Positions 1 through 39,300 of a stretch of DNA of 64,000 nucleotides are shown here, piece after piece. The notes under the pieces were generated by a model. That model saw nothing but the letters and a program-made list of their open reading frames with translations, was not told the DNA's origin and searched no databases. Where the stretch lies: contig OZ218962.1 of the NCBI GenBank assembly GCA_965112735.1, positions 992,001-1,056,000 of the forward strand. Direction: 5' to 3'. Source of the DNA: Phaeosaccion multiseriatum. Taxonomy: Eukaryota > Protista > Ochrophyta, other classes. Positions within the stretch are counted from its first letter, which is position 1, and each line of letters starts with the position of its first letter. The position numbers were made by a program, and so were the translations under genes.

Positions 1-90
1 GAGACAGAGAGGGGAGGGGCGGAGAGGCGTGGATAGAGACAGAGAGACATGAGTGAGAGACAAACAGAGGGAGAGAAAGCAAGAGAGCGA

Positions 91-130
<40 letters not shown>

Positions 131-220
131 CAAGGAGAGAAAAGGGGGAGAGAAGGAGGGAGAGGGAGAGAGAGAGCAAGAGGAAAGGGCAAGACAGAAG
201 AAGGGAGTGGGAGTGCTCAC

Positions 221-28743
<28,523 letters not shown>

Positions 28744-29081
28744 TGCTTTCTCAAAGTTTTACCTCAGCCGCAGCAGCCAGAACGCTCATCCCTCCCTTCT
28801 CTCTCCCTGCTGCTTCACCCACAAGCAAACCCCTTCTGCGTTTGATTCTAGGTCGAAACGGCAGCAGCAGTCAATGAAAAAAAAGTTTCAGTTTAGGGTT
28901 GGGGATCTCGGGAGGATCGAGGCGGGAAAAAAAAAAGCGCATTTGGCCCAGAAGCGATTTCAGGGTCGATATTGAGGATCGATACTGTTGGTTGAAGGTC
29001 TATTGAACTGCCGTCGGAGAGGAGAGGTCGCGACGAGGTGGCGGTATACTAAAACAGCTTTGTCAGCTCGGCGGTTCCGAC

Positions 29082-31495
29082 CTATGCCGCTGCTGCTGCT
29101 ACTACCGCTGCTGCTGCTGGTGGTGGTGGTGGTGGTGGCGGTTGTGGTGATTGTGGTGGTTGTGGTGGAGGTGGCGGTGGTGGTGGTCTGCTCCTATCGG
29201 CCATGGCTGCTGTCGGTGGCACTTCAAGAGCGGGCACGGGCGACACGTATGCTGCTATTGGTACTGCTGGCGATCGATCGGAGAAGGACGAATCCGGTCC
29301 TTGCCTCCACCACGGCATATGACACTGCGCATTGACCTGCCCGAAGCGAAGCTCGCAGCAGTACAGCCCGATGGGCCGATGAGGGTCCACTGCCGAGTCC
29401 ATTCGCTGCAGAGCCAGGCCCTCCAGCTGCATCGACGCGGCTGCTGCTACTGCTGTTGTATCACCATCTGCTGCTGCTGCTGCTGCTGCTGTTGTTGTTT
29501 TTGCTGTTGCTGCATCACCAACTGCTGCGGGTGAAGGCAAGCCGCCGGTCTCTGCTGTCGCTGCGCCTGCTGCCCCAGGATGCACATCGTCGCCCTCATC
29601 ACTGCCACGCCGTGGTGGCCTACTGCTGCTACTACTGCTGCTGCCACTCTCCTCCTTGTAGCTCTGGCCCGGTACTGCTGTAAGGTACTCCATCCCTCCG
29701 CCCACATCGAAGAGGAAACCCTCCATGGGGGCGTATACCGAGTCGTGGAGCAGCGGGGCTCCAACGGTGGCCATCTGCGCTCTGACCTGGTGCGTCCTGC
29801 CTGTGACCAGATGAATCAACACCTCGTAGCAAGTTCGCGTTGTTGTCCTTCGCCGCCCCTCCTTCCCCGCCGCCCCCTTCTCCCCCATCTGCTCCTCCTC
29901 CCCCCCCTCCTCCCGCTCCTCCATCTCCATCTCCACCTCCACAGGCTCGCAGCTGAGCACTCTCGCTTCACACCGTCTCCAACCGGCGTGTTGGGTGGTG
30001 CTAATGAGCCTGGGTTGATGCCGACGCAAGAGCGGTTTGCGAGGCATATAATGCACCAGAGTGGTGTCTGTGGGAACGGGGACTGCGGTGAGAGCAAGGT
30101 ACTTTTTATGCACAACCTTTTCTTGCAGCCAGGCGTTGAATTGGGCACGTGCGGGCTTGTTTCGCGCCACGGCCACCTGAGGAATGACGGACGTTACATT
30201 ACAGACGTTACGGAAATCACGTTCGGGAGACGAGAAGTCATGTACATCCAATCGATAGACACGTGGGGGGTAGAGGGCGTTCGGAGGGAAGGGTCGTGTC
30301 GAGAGATGAGGCGTTCGGTTCGATCGATGGCGGTGTGGGTTGGTTGGAGAGAGAGCAGGGGGGTGGTAGGTGGTGGGTTAGGTGGAGAGAGGTCAGGAGG
30401 GAGGGAGGTGGAGAGGCAGGCGGGGCACGCGCACTGAGCCGCGAGCGATGAAAGCAGGGCAGGGCGGCTGGGGCAGTCGAATGAATGGTGTTTAAAGGCC
30501 CAAAGACGGGGGGGAAACACACGGGGTCTTTCCCTTTCCTTCCCCCCTCCGTTCCTCCCTCTCTTGCATCATGAATCACTCACCAAGCCTGTTGTAAAGT
30601 GGTCAATTCTATGAAGCGACAGTAGGTCCTCTGGCGGGGTGTCGGCCCCCTCTCCCGCCAGCCCCGCTGCAAGGCATCTGTGAAGACACTCCTTGGTGTT
30701 GCTCACATGCGGCATGCACGGGAGGCCCGGGGGCTTGTTGACCACGATGAAGTCCTCGTCCTGATAGACCACTCTCTGTGGCCAGTCGGGCACGTAGCAG
30801 CTAGGGTAGCGCTTGGGCTCCAGGTGTAGGCGGACGGTGGTGCCGGCCCGGAGAAGAGGACCTTCATCATCTTCTCCGGCGTCCGACTCGTCGCTAGATG
30901 ATACCGATGCTGCTGCTCCTGCTTCCCCTTCTCGCCCCTTCTCCTCCTCCTCCTCCTCCTGCTGCTGCTGCTGCTGCTCCTCCTGCCGCTGCTGCCGCCG
31001 TAGTAGTGAAGTCTTGGTCGTCGCAATCATCTCCATGGACGCCCTCTCCATCCCCGAGAACGTTCGAGCCTTGCCATCATCGGGTAGTGTCGACAAGAAG
31101 ACTGCCCCCAGGTCCAAGAGAAGGAGGGCCGCAGAGATGGATAGCCCAGCTGATCCAAGCAAAACGTCAGACAGTCGCTGGTTCCCAGACACCTGCACAA
31201 GGGCGATGGGTGCCTTGGCTTGCATCGTTGCCATTCTTTCCGATGCACTCCGTTGGAGCCTGGCCACATCATCGACAGCCGCTGCCCTTTGCGCTGTTGC
31301 TGTTGCTACTGGTTCCTTTAAATTCACTGTTTGTGCTGTTTCTTCTGAGGATTGGGCGCTGAGGGAAAGGGAGGGAAAAGGGGAGCGAGGAGAGAAGGTG
31401 GGGAAGGAGGAGCAGCGTGAAAGCTGAAACCCGAAACAACAGGGAGAAGCGAGAGCAAGAAACAACCCGCAGAGAAATGTACGGCTTGGTGCCAT
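29082..31495 (-). CDS. RluA/RluD-family RNA pseudouridine synthase, probably plastid-targeted
   Basis: Exons 31495-30584 and 30176-29082 with a phase-0 GT-AG intron, ~668 aa. Motifs VVNKPPGLPC, HRIDHFTTGL (catalytic Asp), KKYLAL, TGRTHQVRAQMATVGAPLLHDSVY. N-terminus is a hydrophobic signal peptide, then Phe and a Ser/Pro/Arg-rich transit-like segment. Confidence 0.88.
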
Positions 31496-31683
31496 CCCCC
31501 AAACACTATATTACACAAACAAGGAGGGCAATGTCCATTGGCCCGTTGGTGGTACACATTTATTATTAAAACAGTTTTTAATTTTGGTCGGAAATGCATT
31601 CCGCGATGAATTTTTGTTTTTTTGGAATACAATTGTAATAGCAATATATATTTGCCAAAAAAGAGGCCGATTTCAGTGTGATA

Positions 31684-31833
31684 AGGAGGAGGAGGAGGAG
31701 GAGGAGGAGGAGGAGGAGGAGGAGGAGGAGGAGGAGGAGGAGGAGGAGGAGGAGGAGGAGGAGGAGGAGGAGGAGGAGGAGGAGGAGGAGGAGGAGGAGG
31801 AGGAGGAGGAGGAGGAGGAGGAGGAGGAGGAGG
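31684..31833. repeat. (GGA)n trinucleotide tract, intergenic
   Basis: Direct reading. Confidence 0.97.
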
Positions 31834-32039
31834 CGCCCCCTGGCTGGGTGAATACAAGCTGTTGTAGTACGGAAAGAGAGAAGGAGGCGCTAGCAAGCGT
31901 AGACGGAAGGAGAGCCGGGAGACGAGAAAAGAGCCTTGGTGAAAAACAGAGTAAATTACTTACGGAGGAAATATCTCCTGCTAGGAAAAGACTATCGCAC
32001 GTGGGGAGTCCGACACGTGCGCACTATGACTACTTGAAG

Positions 32040-32320
32040 CCGATGGGCAGACAGAGCTCAGTAGCTTTATACCCATCGCACCCCTATCGTACGGAATGCT
32101 CTGAGTAGGTTGAGCTAAGTCAGCGAATCTTCTGTAACTGTCTCACACACACTATGATACAAGCAAGCTTTTGCGAACGTGTGCTATCCTGCGTTAATAA
32201 TGTTGTCACGGACGGCAACATACTGCTAGACCCGGCGGAGGTGGAGATGGTGTGTGTGCTTCGCATGAACAAAGACTTTATGAAGTACATGAGGACCGAG
32301 CTCATGACGCCTCGGCCCAT
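32040..32320 (+). mobile_element. Degenerate hAT-superfamily transposase C-terminal (dimerisation) fragment
   Basis: ORF 32154-32375 reads SFCERVLSCVNNVVTDGNILLDPAEVEMVCVLRMNKDFMKYMR, resembling the hAT dimerisation consensus S-x-x-ER-x-FS...L...E-M-L-x-x-LR-x-N. Upstream sequence has stops and frame breaks. No TIRs recognised. Pattern recognition only. Confidence 0.5.
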
Positions 32321-33385
32321 CGCAGCCAGCCATCGCTCATGTTGTCCGGCCATTGCAATGGGGGCGACGCTGTAGCCGGAAAAGCAGCGGCAGCAGAGGC
32401 CATGAGCAGGCGGAGGAATGTTTTTCTGGGGATTATATTTCTTTTTGTACCTTACGTAAGTACGTCACGTAAGGGAATTGGGTGTCTGTCCGCTGGGGAA
32501 ATGCCCCCCCCCCTGCCCCCCTCGCCCCCCCCCCCCTTTTTTTTTCCACTTTCCAGAGGTGCGTGTGACTTTCTGCTCAGCGTCCAGAGTAGCCATAGGC
32601 AAGGGAGGCACAACAAAGCCATCAGCCGCCGTAGCGCTGCGCCTGTTCTCTTGCGGAAGGGCGGGCAAGCTGCCCATGAGCGATTTCCGTGGCGTGCACA
32701 TCCCCCTTCTCCCCCCCCCGGGAAGGGGGTGCTCGTGCAGAAATGCTGACAACTACGGAAGGGAAGAGGCGATGAAAGCCGAAAGACCATGGATCGGTGG
32801 GTGATCTCAAAGAGCTACACGAAGAGCTACTTCTCCCAGCGTCATTTTGCCGCGTAAAACGTGTGTGTACCACCAACGGGCCAATTTTTCATTCCTGTAG
32901 CGCGCTCCGACTTTTACCCCTTTTATCTTTTGCCTCAGGAGGGGGGGTGAAGATATAAAGCTACAAAGGGAGAAGGGAAAAAAAAAGTGTTCATATATAT
33001 TCCCGCGGAATGTGGCACAGCTGCAGCAGAGAAGAGGAAGGCAGGATGATAACAGCAGCACAGCAGGGGAGAGGAGAAGAAAAAAGGTGGGTAGCTACGA
33101 ATATATTTCGTTGTGGCTGGCACCCGGAAAAATTGCACATGCAACACGTGATGTTCTGGCCATCCCAAGGAATGTCTTCAAGCTCTAGACGCTTGCGGCC
33201 CATAACCCTCTGTTTCTTCATCCCCCTCTCGCCTCCTGCCTCAGCCATGGCTGACTCCCTTTCGATCCCTTTCCTCCAAGCAAGGGAGCGTCATAGTTCT
33301 CCGCGGTCTCTCTCTCACCATCGTTTTACTCCCATGCTTTGCTTGCCCCTCCAGCAGCGATGGAGCTGACCAAGGAGGAGAGAGA

Positions 33386-36300
33386 ATGCCCGGGCCCGGC
33401 AAGGATCAGCCTCAGGGTGCAGCAACAGCAGGTGTGGGGGAGGGACCGGCGGCGGAGCCACCCGCAGCAGCAGCACCAGTGCCAGGCAAAGAGGACGAGG
33501 TTCGAAAGGCGCCTCTCTCCCCCACGCACCCAAACATGGGCAGCGGACCAACGAGAAGCGAGAAAGGCGGCCATCGTCATGGCGACATTGCCATTGTTGG
33601 AATGGCCTGCCGCTTCCCTGGAGGTGCCAACTCTATTCCTGAGCTGTGGGACCTGCTCTGCAGGGAGGGCAGCGGCATCACAGACATGCCCACAGATAGG
33701 TGCGTGAGTGGGCGGTGGCTGGGTCTCGGCGACGGAACCTTGTGGAGATGATGGACAGCGTGCAGCCATCACGGCGCTTAGCAATTTCCCCCTGCCCCCT
33801 GCCACCGCAGCAGATTTTGCTGGAGTGGTTGGGCGGGAGGGAGTTCGGATGGCCGTGGACGGGATGAGGGCTGGAGAATAGAATCACTGTACACACGCTC
33901 GAGAGCTGATGGCGCTCAGCCTCACGTATCTTTCTCTCCTTCTTCACCACGCCCCCTCCCTGCTTCACTGCCCTGGCTGGCGCCTCCCAAAACACCCCTC
34001 GCGCGTTCGCGCACGTCTCTCTCACAGATGGGAGCCTGCGGCCTTGGACAAGCTCAAGCGTGGAGAAAGCGGTTACCCCACGCGGGGGGGCTTCCTCCCC
34101 GACGTAGAGCTGTTCGACAACGCCTTCTTCAACATCTCTGACCCGGAGGCATCCGCAATGGACCCTCAGCAGCGAGGTAAGCTCATCTGACTTCACCTCC
34201 TTGTGTGACGCGGACTTGTTTCGTCTTCAGTAGAACCAACAAGGTCTCACCTGCTTTGTTGTTCTCCTCAACACACGCAGTCATGTTGGAGGTGGCCTAC
34301 GAGACATTTCGCGACGCAGGGCTTGACAAGGAAGCTCTTCTTGAGAGCAAAACAGGTGCGTCGATGTATCACTATCAGAGTAGTGATGACAGAAGCAAAA
34401 AATAGACAAAGAGTACAACTGCTCTGATGCTCTGATGGTCACTGACCTCACCACTTACCTCACAACAAAGTCCTCTTCTCGAACGTCCAGGAGTGTTCAT
34501 CGGGTGCGGCAACGGAGACTGGATGTCCAAAATGCAGTCCCACGCTCCTGGACCGTACGTTGCTACGGGCGCTTCAGAGGCTCTCGTGGCCAATCGGGTC
34601 TCCTTCGTCCTCGGTCTGACTGGACCTTCGCAGACCATCAACACGGCCTCTTCCTCCTCTCTCGTGGCCGTGCACCAGGCCTGCCGAGGCCTCCAAAGCC
34701 GCGACTGTGACATGGCCCTGGCCGGAGGAGTGTCCATCATGACCAATACCGAGCCCTTCTCCGCCATGTCATCGCTGCACTTGCTGTCAGACAAGTGCAT
34801 GGTCTTTGATGCCGCTGCCAACGGCTACGTGCGGGCAGGTGAGCACGAGCGGCGCCTGCGAGACTGTAAAGAATACCAGAAGGACGAGAATGAGATTGAC
34901 ATTTGGAGGAGCTTACCGCAGCGCTGTGATTCACGGCCCTTTCCAGCTCCGCAAGGGGGGCCGTGAGAGGGAGAGGGAGAGGGAGAGGGAGACGGAAAGG
35001 CGGAGGCGGGGAGAGGGAGAGAGGGGAAGAGGGAGCAGGAGCGGGAGAGGGAGAGGGAGAGGGAATGAGAGAGGGAGGGAGAGAAGGGGAGATGGAGAGA
35101 AAGTTCGGGAGTGCGAGAGAGGTAGCGGGAGAGAGAGAGGGAGAAGGCGAGACAGGGAGAGATGGAGAGGAGCAGGGGCAGAGACAGGGAGAAAGGGAAA
35201 GGGAGAGGAAGGGGGGGAGATAAGGGAGATAAGTGCAGGATGAGCAGGGAGTGTTTCTTTGGGTCTGAGATTGTCCTTGTTTTATGAGCCTGATGAGCGC
35301 GGCTCGACCATCCCCTAGCTCACCCTCCAGTCACCTCCATTTGCTGCGTGTGCCCTGTGGCTGCGAGCAGAGGGCTGTGGCGCCGTCGTGCTAAAGCGCC
35401 TCGAAGACGCCATAGAGGCCCAAGACAACATATTGGCGGTGATTCGAGGCTCCTGCATCAATCACACGGGCCTCGGCACGACCCTCACTGCCCCCAACGA
35501 AGCGGCACAGAAGGCCGCGGTCTTGGACTCCGTAGCAGAGGCGGGCATCGCTCTGTCCGACGTGAGCTTCATCGAGGCACACGGCACGGGCACACCCCTC
35601 GGGGACCGCACGGAGTGGGCTTCCATCGCCGGCACCTACGGAGACCACGACCTGGCAACAGCCCGCCGTCTCGTCGTTGGAGCGATCAAGACCAACCTTG
35701 GTCACGCGGAGGCTGCGGCAGGCATTGCGGGGCTCATCAAGACGGTGCTGGTGCTCAGGCATGTCCAAGCGCCTCCCAACCTCAACCTGTCCACGCTGAA
35801 CCCGGCACTGAAGACGGAGGGCAACAGCGCTCTGCTGCCCATCCCCGGAGGCATGACCCCCATCTCCACCCGAATCGGAGGTGCGTTGGGGCCCTTATTC
35901 AAAAACGTTTCCTGTGATCACTCACTCACTCACTCACTCAACTCACTCACTCACTCACTCACTCACTCACTCACTCACTCAACTCACTCACTCGCTCACC
36001 CACTCTCACTCACTCACTCGCTTGTTCTTGAGACAAGTTAAAGAGGACTTTAGATGGGGATGAGCTATCGTATGATGGTAAATGGCTGAACCCGTTCTCA
36101 CCTTGCCCTTCTGCTGGCGGTGATTGCTTCTGCTTCTTTCACAGCTGTCAACTCCTTTGGGTTTGGCGGTGTCAACGCCCACGTCATCCTGGAGGGGACG
36201 GCCATCTCACACGCAGAGAAGACCAACGTCAGAGCCTCCCCGTTCACGAGCAGAAAGGCCTTCAAGCTGCTGCCCGCCCCACCGATATCGGCGGCCGGAA

Positions 36301-39300
36301 AAAACTCCTTGGCAGCAGAGCTCCGCGGTGTCAGTCCAGCTGAACGCCAAGAGAGGCTTCGATCCGTCATCTCCGACATCGCCCTCTCCAGCACGGCAGG
36401 CTCTGTCGGCATCGACATGGACAAGCCTCTCATGGAGGCTGGCATGGATTCGTTGGCGCTCATGGAGCTAAGGCAGCGTCTGCACCTGCTCACGGACATT
36501 CCCGTTAGCAGTGCCGCCCTCTTCGCCCACCCCACCGTGGCGGCCTTGGCGGAGTGGTTGGGCTCAGCGCTCATGGAGGGAAGTGCGAGCAGCCTGCGCC
36601 TGCCCAGGATGATGCCATCGTCCCAAGGGGGGGGCAACGCTTCTGCCCCGCTTGCAATAGTGAGCATGGCGTGCCGCTTCCCTGGAGGCACAGACAGTCT
36701 CGACGCCTTCTGGTCCATGCTGCTGGAGGGAAGGGACTGCATCACCGCCATGCCCCCGGGAAGACTCACTGGTGCGGCGAAGGAGTGGCACGGAGGCTTC
36801 ATCGACGGCGTGGAGATGTTTGACAACGCCACGTTTGGCATCTCCGTAGCCGAGGCCGAGGCGATGGACCCCACTCAGCGCATCATGCTCGAGGTCGGCT
36901 ACGAGGCGCTGCACGAGGCAGGCTTCTCTGTGGCCACGCTGCGCAACAGCAACACCGGAGTGTTCGTGGGCTCCATGCAGCACGGCGACTGGGCCGCGCT
37001 GAACAAGAATGGTGACACCAAAGCTCACTCCATGATGGGCGAATCAGCGGGCTGCCCTGCCAATCGCCTGTCCTACGCACTGGGCTTGCGAGGGCCAAGC
37101 ATATCGGTTGACACGCTTTGCTCTTCCTCGCTCGTTGCCTTGGACACGGCTTGTCGCTACCTTCGCTTCGGCATGTGCGAAGCTGCGGTTGTGGGAGGAG
37201 TGAACCTGCTACTCGGCTCCCGTTCCTTCGAGCAGCTCGACAAGGGAGGTTTCTTGTCCAAGGACTGGTACGTACGGGAGAATGGGGGGGGCTGGCCTTG
37301 GGTAACATCGAGCTCCTGTAATGCGAGTAGAGTTATAAAGGGCTTGCTGACAGGTAGACACAGGAGTCATCCCTCTCATCGGCTTGTCCTTCCTTCTCTG
37401 CCCCCATCTGCCTCGTGCTGTTCCCGAAGGCGCTGCAAGACGTTCGACGCAACGGCGGACGGCTACGTCCGAGGAGAGGGCTGCGGCGCCTTGGTGGTGA
37501 AGCGGCTTGACGACGCGGAGCGCAACGGAGACAGCATCCTGGCCGTCGTGCGGGGAAGCTCCGTGAACCACAATGGGCGCTCTATGCGGCTCACAGCACC
37601 CAGTCCATACGCACAGCAGACGCTGATTGAGGCAGCCTTGGAGGAGGCGGGTGTAGCGGGCAGGGAGGTTCACTTCGTGGAGGCGCACGGCACCGGCACG
37701 GCTCTTGGCGATCCGATTGAGATGAGTGCTCTCAAAGCCGCCTACGGAGAAGGGCGGGAGAACTCTTTCCCACTCATGGTGGGAGCGGTCAAGACTAACA
37801 TTGGTCACTTGGAGGGCGCCGCAGGCATCGCGGGAATCATCAAGACCGTCATGGCTCTTCAGCACAGAGCTGTTCCAGGCAATCTGCACCTCGGTACGCT
37901 CAATCCTCAGCTGGGCATTGATGGATTTCCGGTGGTCTTCCCGTCGTCCAGACTAACCCCCTTGAGTGGCGAGGGACACCCCAATGGCAGCAGCGAGCTC
38001 TTGTACGCAGGAGTAAGCTCGTTCGGAGCAGGAGGCACCAACGCCCACGTGGTGCTGAGCAGCGCTGCGCCGAAAGTGGAGGGGGAGGGTTCGGAGACAC
38101 CGACGAGGAGGAAGACGGAGGTCGCCACATCTCTGGTCGCCTTCCTCTTCACGGGGCAAGGCTCCCAGTACCCCGGCATGGGCAAGGAGCTCTACGATGA
38201 GGTGAGTTCGCTTGCTCGTTTTAACCTCAGTATCTGTCAGCGCTCCTCTTGTCATCTGCGTCGCTTCGCATCACCTCGGCCAACTACCTTCGTTCTCATA
38301 TGCTTTTCTCTCTTGTCTCTGCTTTGCGTGTCTCTCGTTCGCTGCCTCAACAGCGCGAGGTCTTTCGTGAAGCTGTTCGGCGGTGTGATGGCCTCCTGCA
38401 GGACCAGGCCTGGCTGGACAAGTCTGTGGTGGAGCTCCTATATCCTGCTGCCGAGGAAGAGGAGAGTGCACAAGCGCTGCTGAAGGAGACACGCTACTGC
38501 CAGCCGTGTCTGTTTGTGCTGGAGTACGCCCTGTGTGAGCTGTGGAAGTCGGAGGGCGTGGAGCCGTCCATGGTGATGGGCCACAGTCTGGGCGAGGTAG
38601 TGGCGGCGTGCGTGGCCGGCGTCATGTCGCTGGAGGACGGGCTGATGCTGTCCGCCAAGAGAGGAGCCGCCATGCAGGCCTGCCCCGAGGGGGATGGAGT
38701 GATGTTCGCAGTGAGGGCGAGCAGGTGGACAACCTTGGCGAGCATCGCCGCTGTGGGGGTGGCAGGCGAAGTGGTGCTGGCGTCGTCGAATGGACCGAGG
38801 GCGAGCGTGATCTCTGGAGCGCGCAGTGCTGTGGGCAAGGTGGTAGAGATGCTCACGGCGGATGGGGTGGGCTGCAAGGCCCTGGAGGTGTCGCACGCCT
38901 TCCACTCTCCTCTGATGGAGCCCGCTGTACGTGCGCTGGAGGAGGTTCTGAGGCAGGTGTCATTCAGCACCCCACGCATTCCCCTGGTGTCCAACGTGAC
39001 GGGTGAGGTGGTGAGAGGGGAGGAGGTGACGCAGGCGACGTATTGGGTGCAACACATGCTATCGCCGGTGCTGTTCGCGGAGAGTATCACCACGCTTCTC
39101 CGGGAGAGGCCTGAAGGTGTACGAGTGGTAGAGATTGGGCCCAGCTCTGTGCTGATCAACATGGCACGGCAATGCGAGGGAGAGAGGTCGGACGTGATGT
39201 GGCAGCCGTCCATGCGGTGGGAGGGGAGCGACACCGCCTCGTTCGACAGAGCAGTGGCGGCAGTGCTGGGCAAGCCCACACCTCTGTTCCCCACCCGTCG

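Noticed and set aside
28890-28902. TTTAGGGTT telomere-like word upstream of the dynein start
   Set aside because: A single copy, compatible with chance; it cannot be supported as a telo-box.
31584-32108. 174-aa poly-Glu ORF
   Set aside because: Non-ATG start, dominated by the (GGA)n tract, and no recognisable domain.
33247-33369. Upstream ATG in good context (gccATGg) as the PKS start
   Set aside because: It is out of frame with KS1 and stops at 33369, and no convincing intron links it. Kept only as a possible uORF; the true start is unverified.
29082-33386. Dynein and pseudouridine synthase as members of a PKS biosynthetic cluster
   Set aside because: Housekeeping functions with no plausible link to polyketide chemistry; adjacency alone is not evidence.
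37268-37429. Apparent 54-aa insertion in KS2 (the ORF reads through)
   Set aside because: It is a 162-nt stop-free intron at the same position as the introns in KS3-KS6; retention would disrupt the KS fold.
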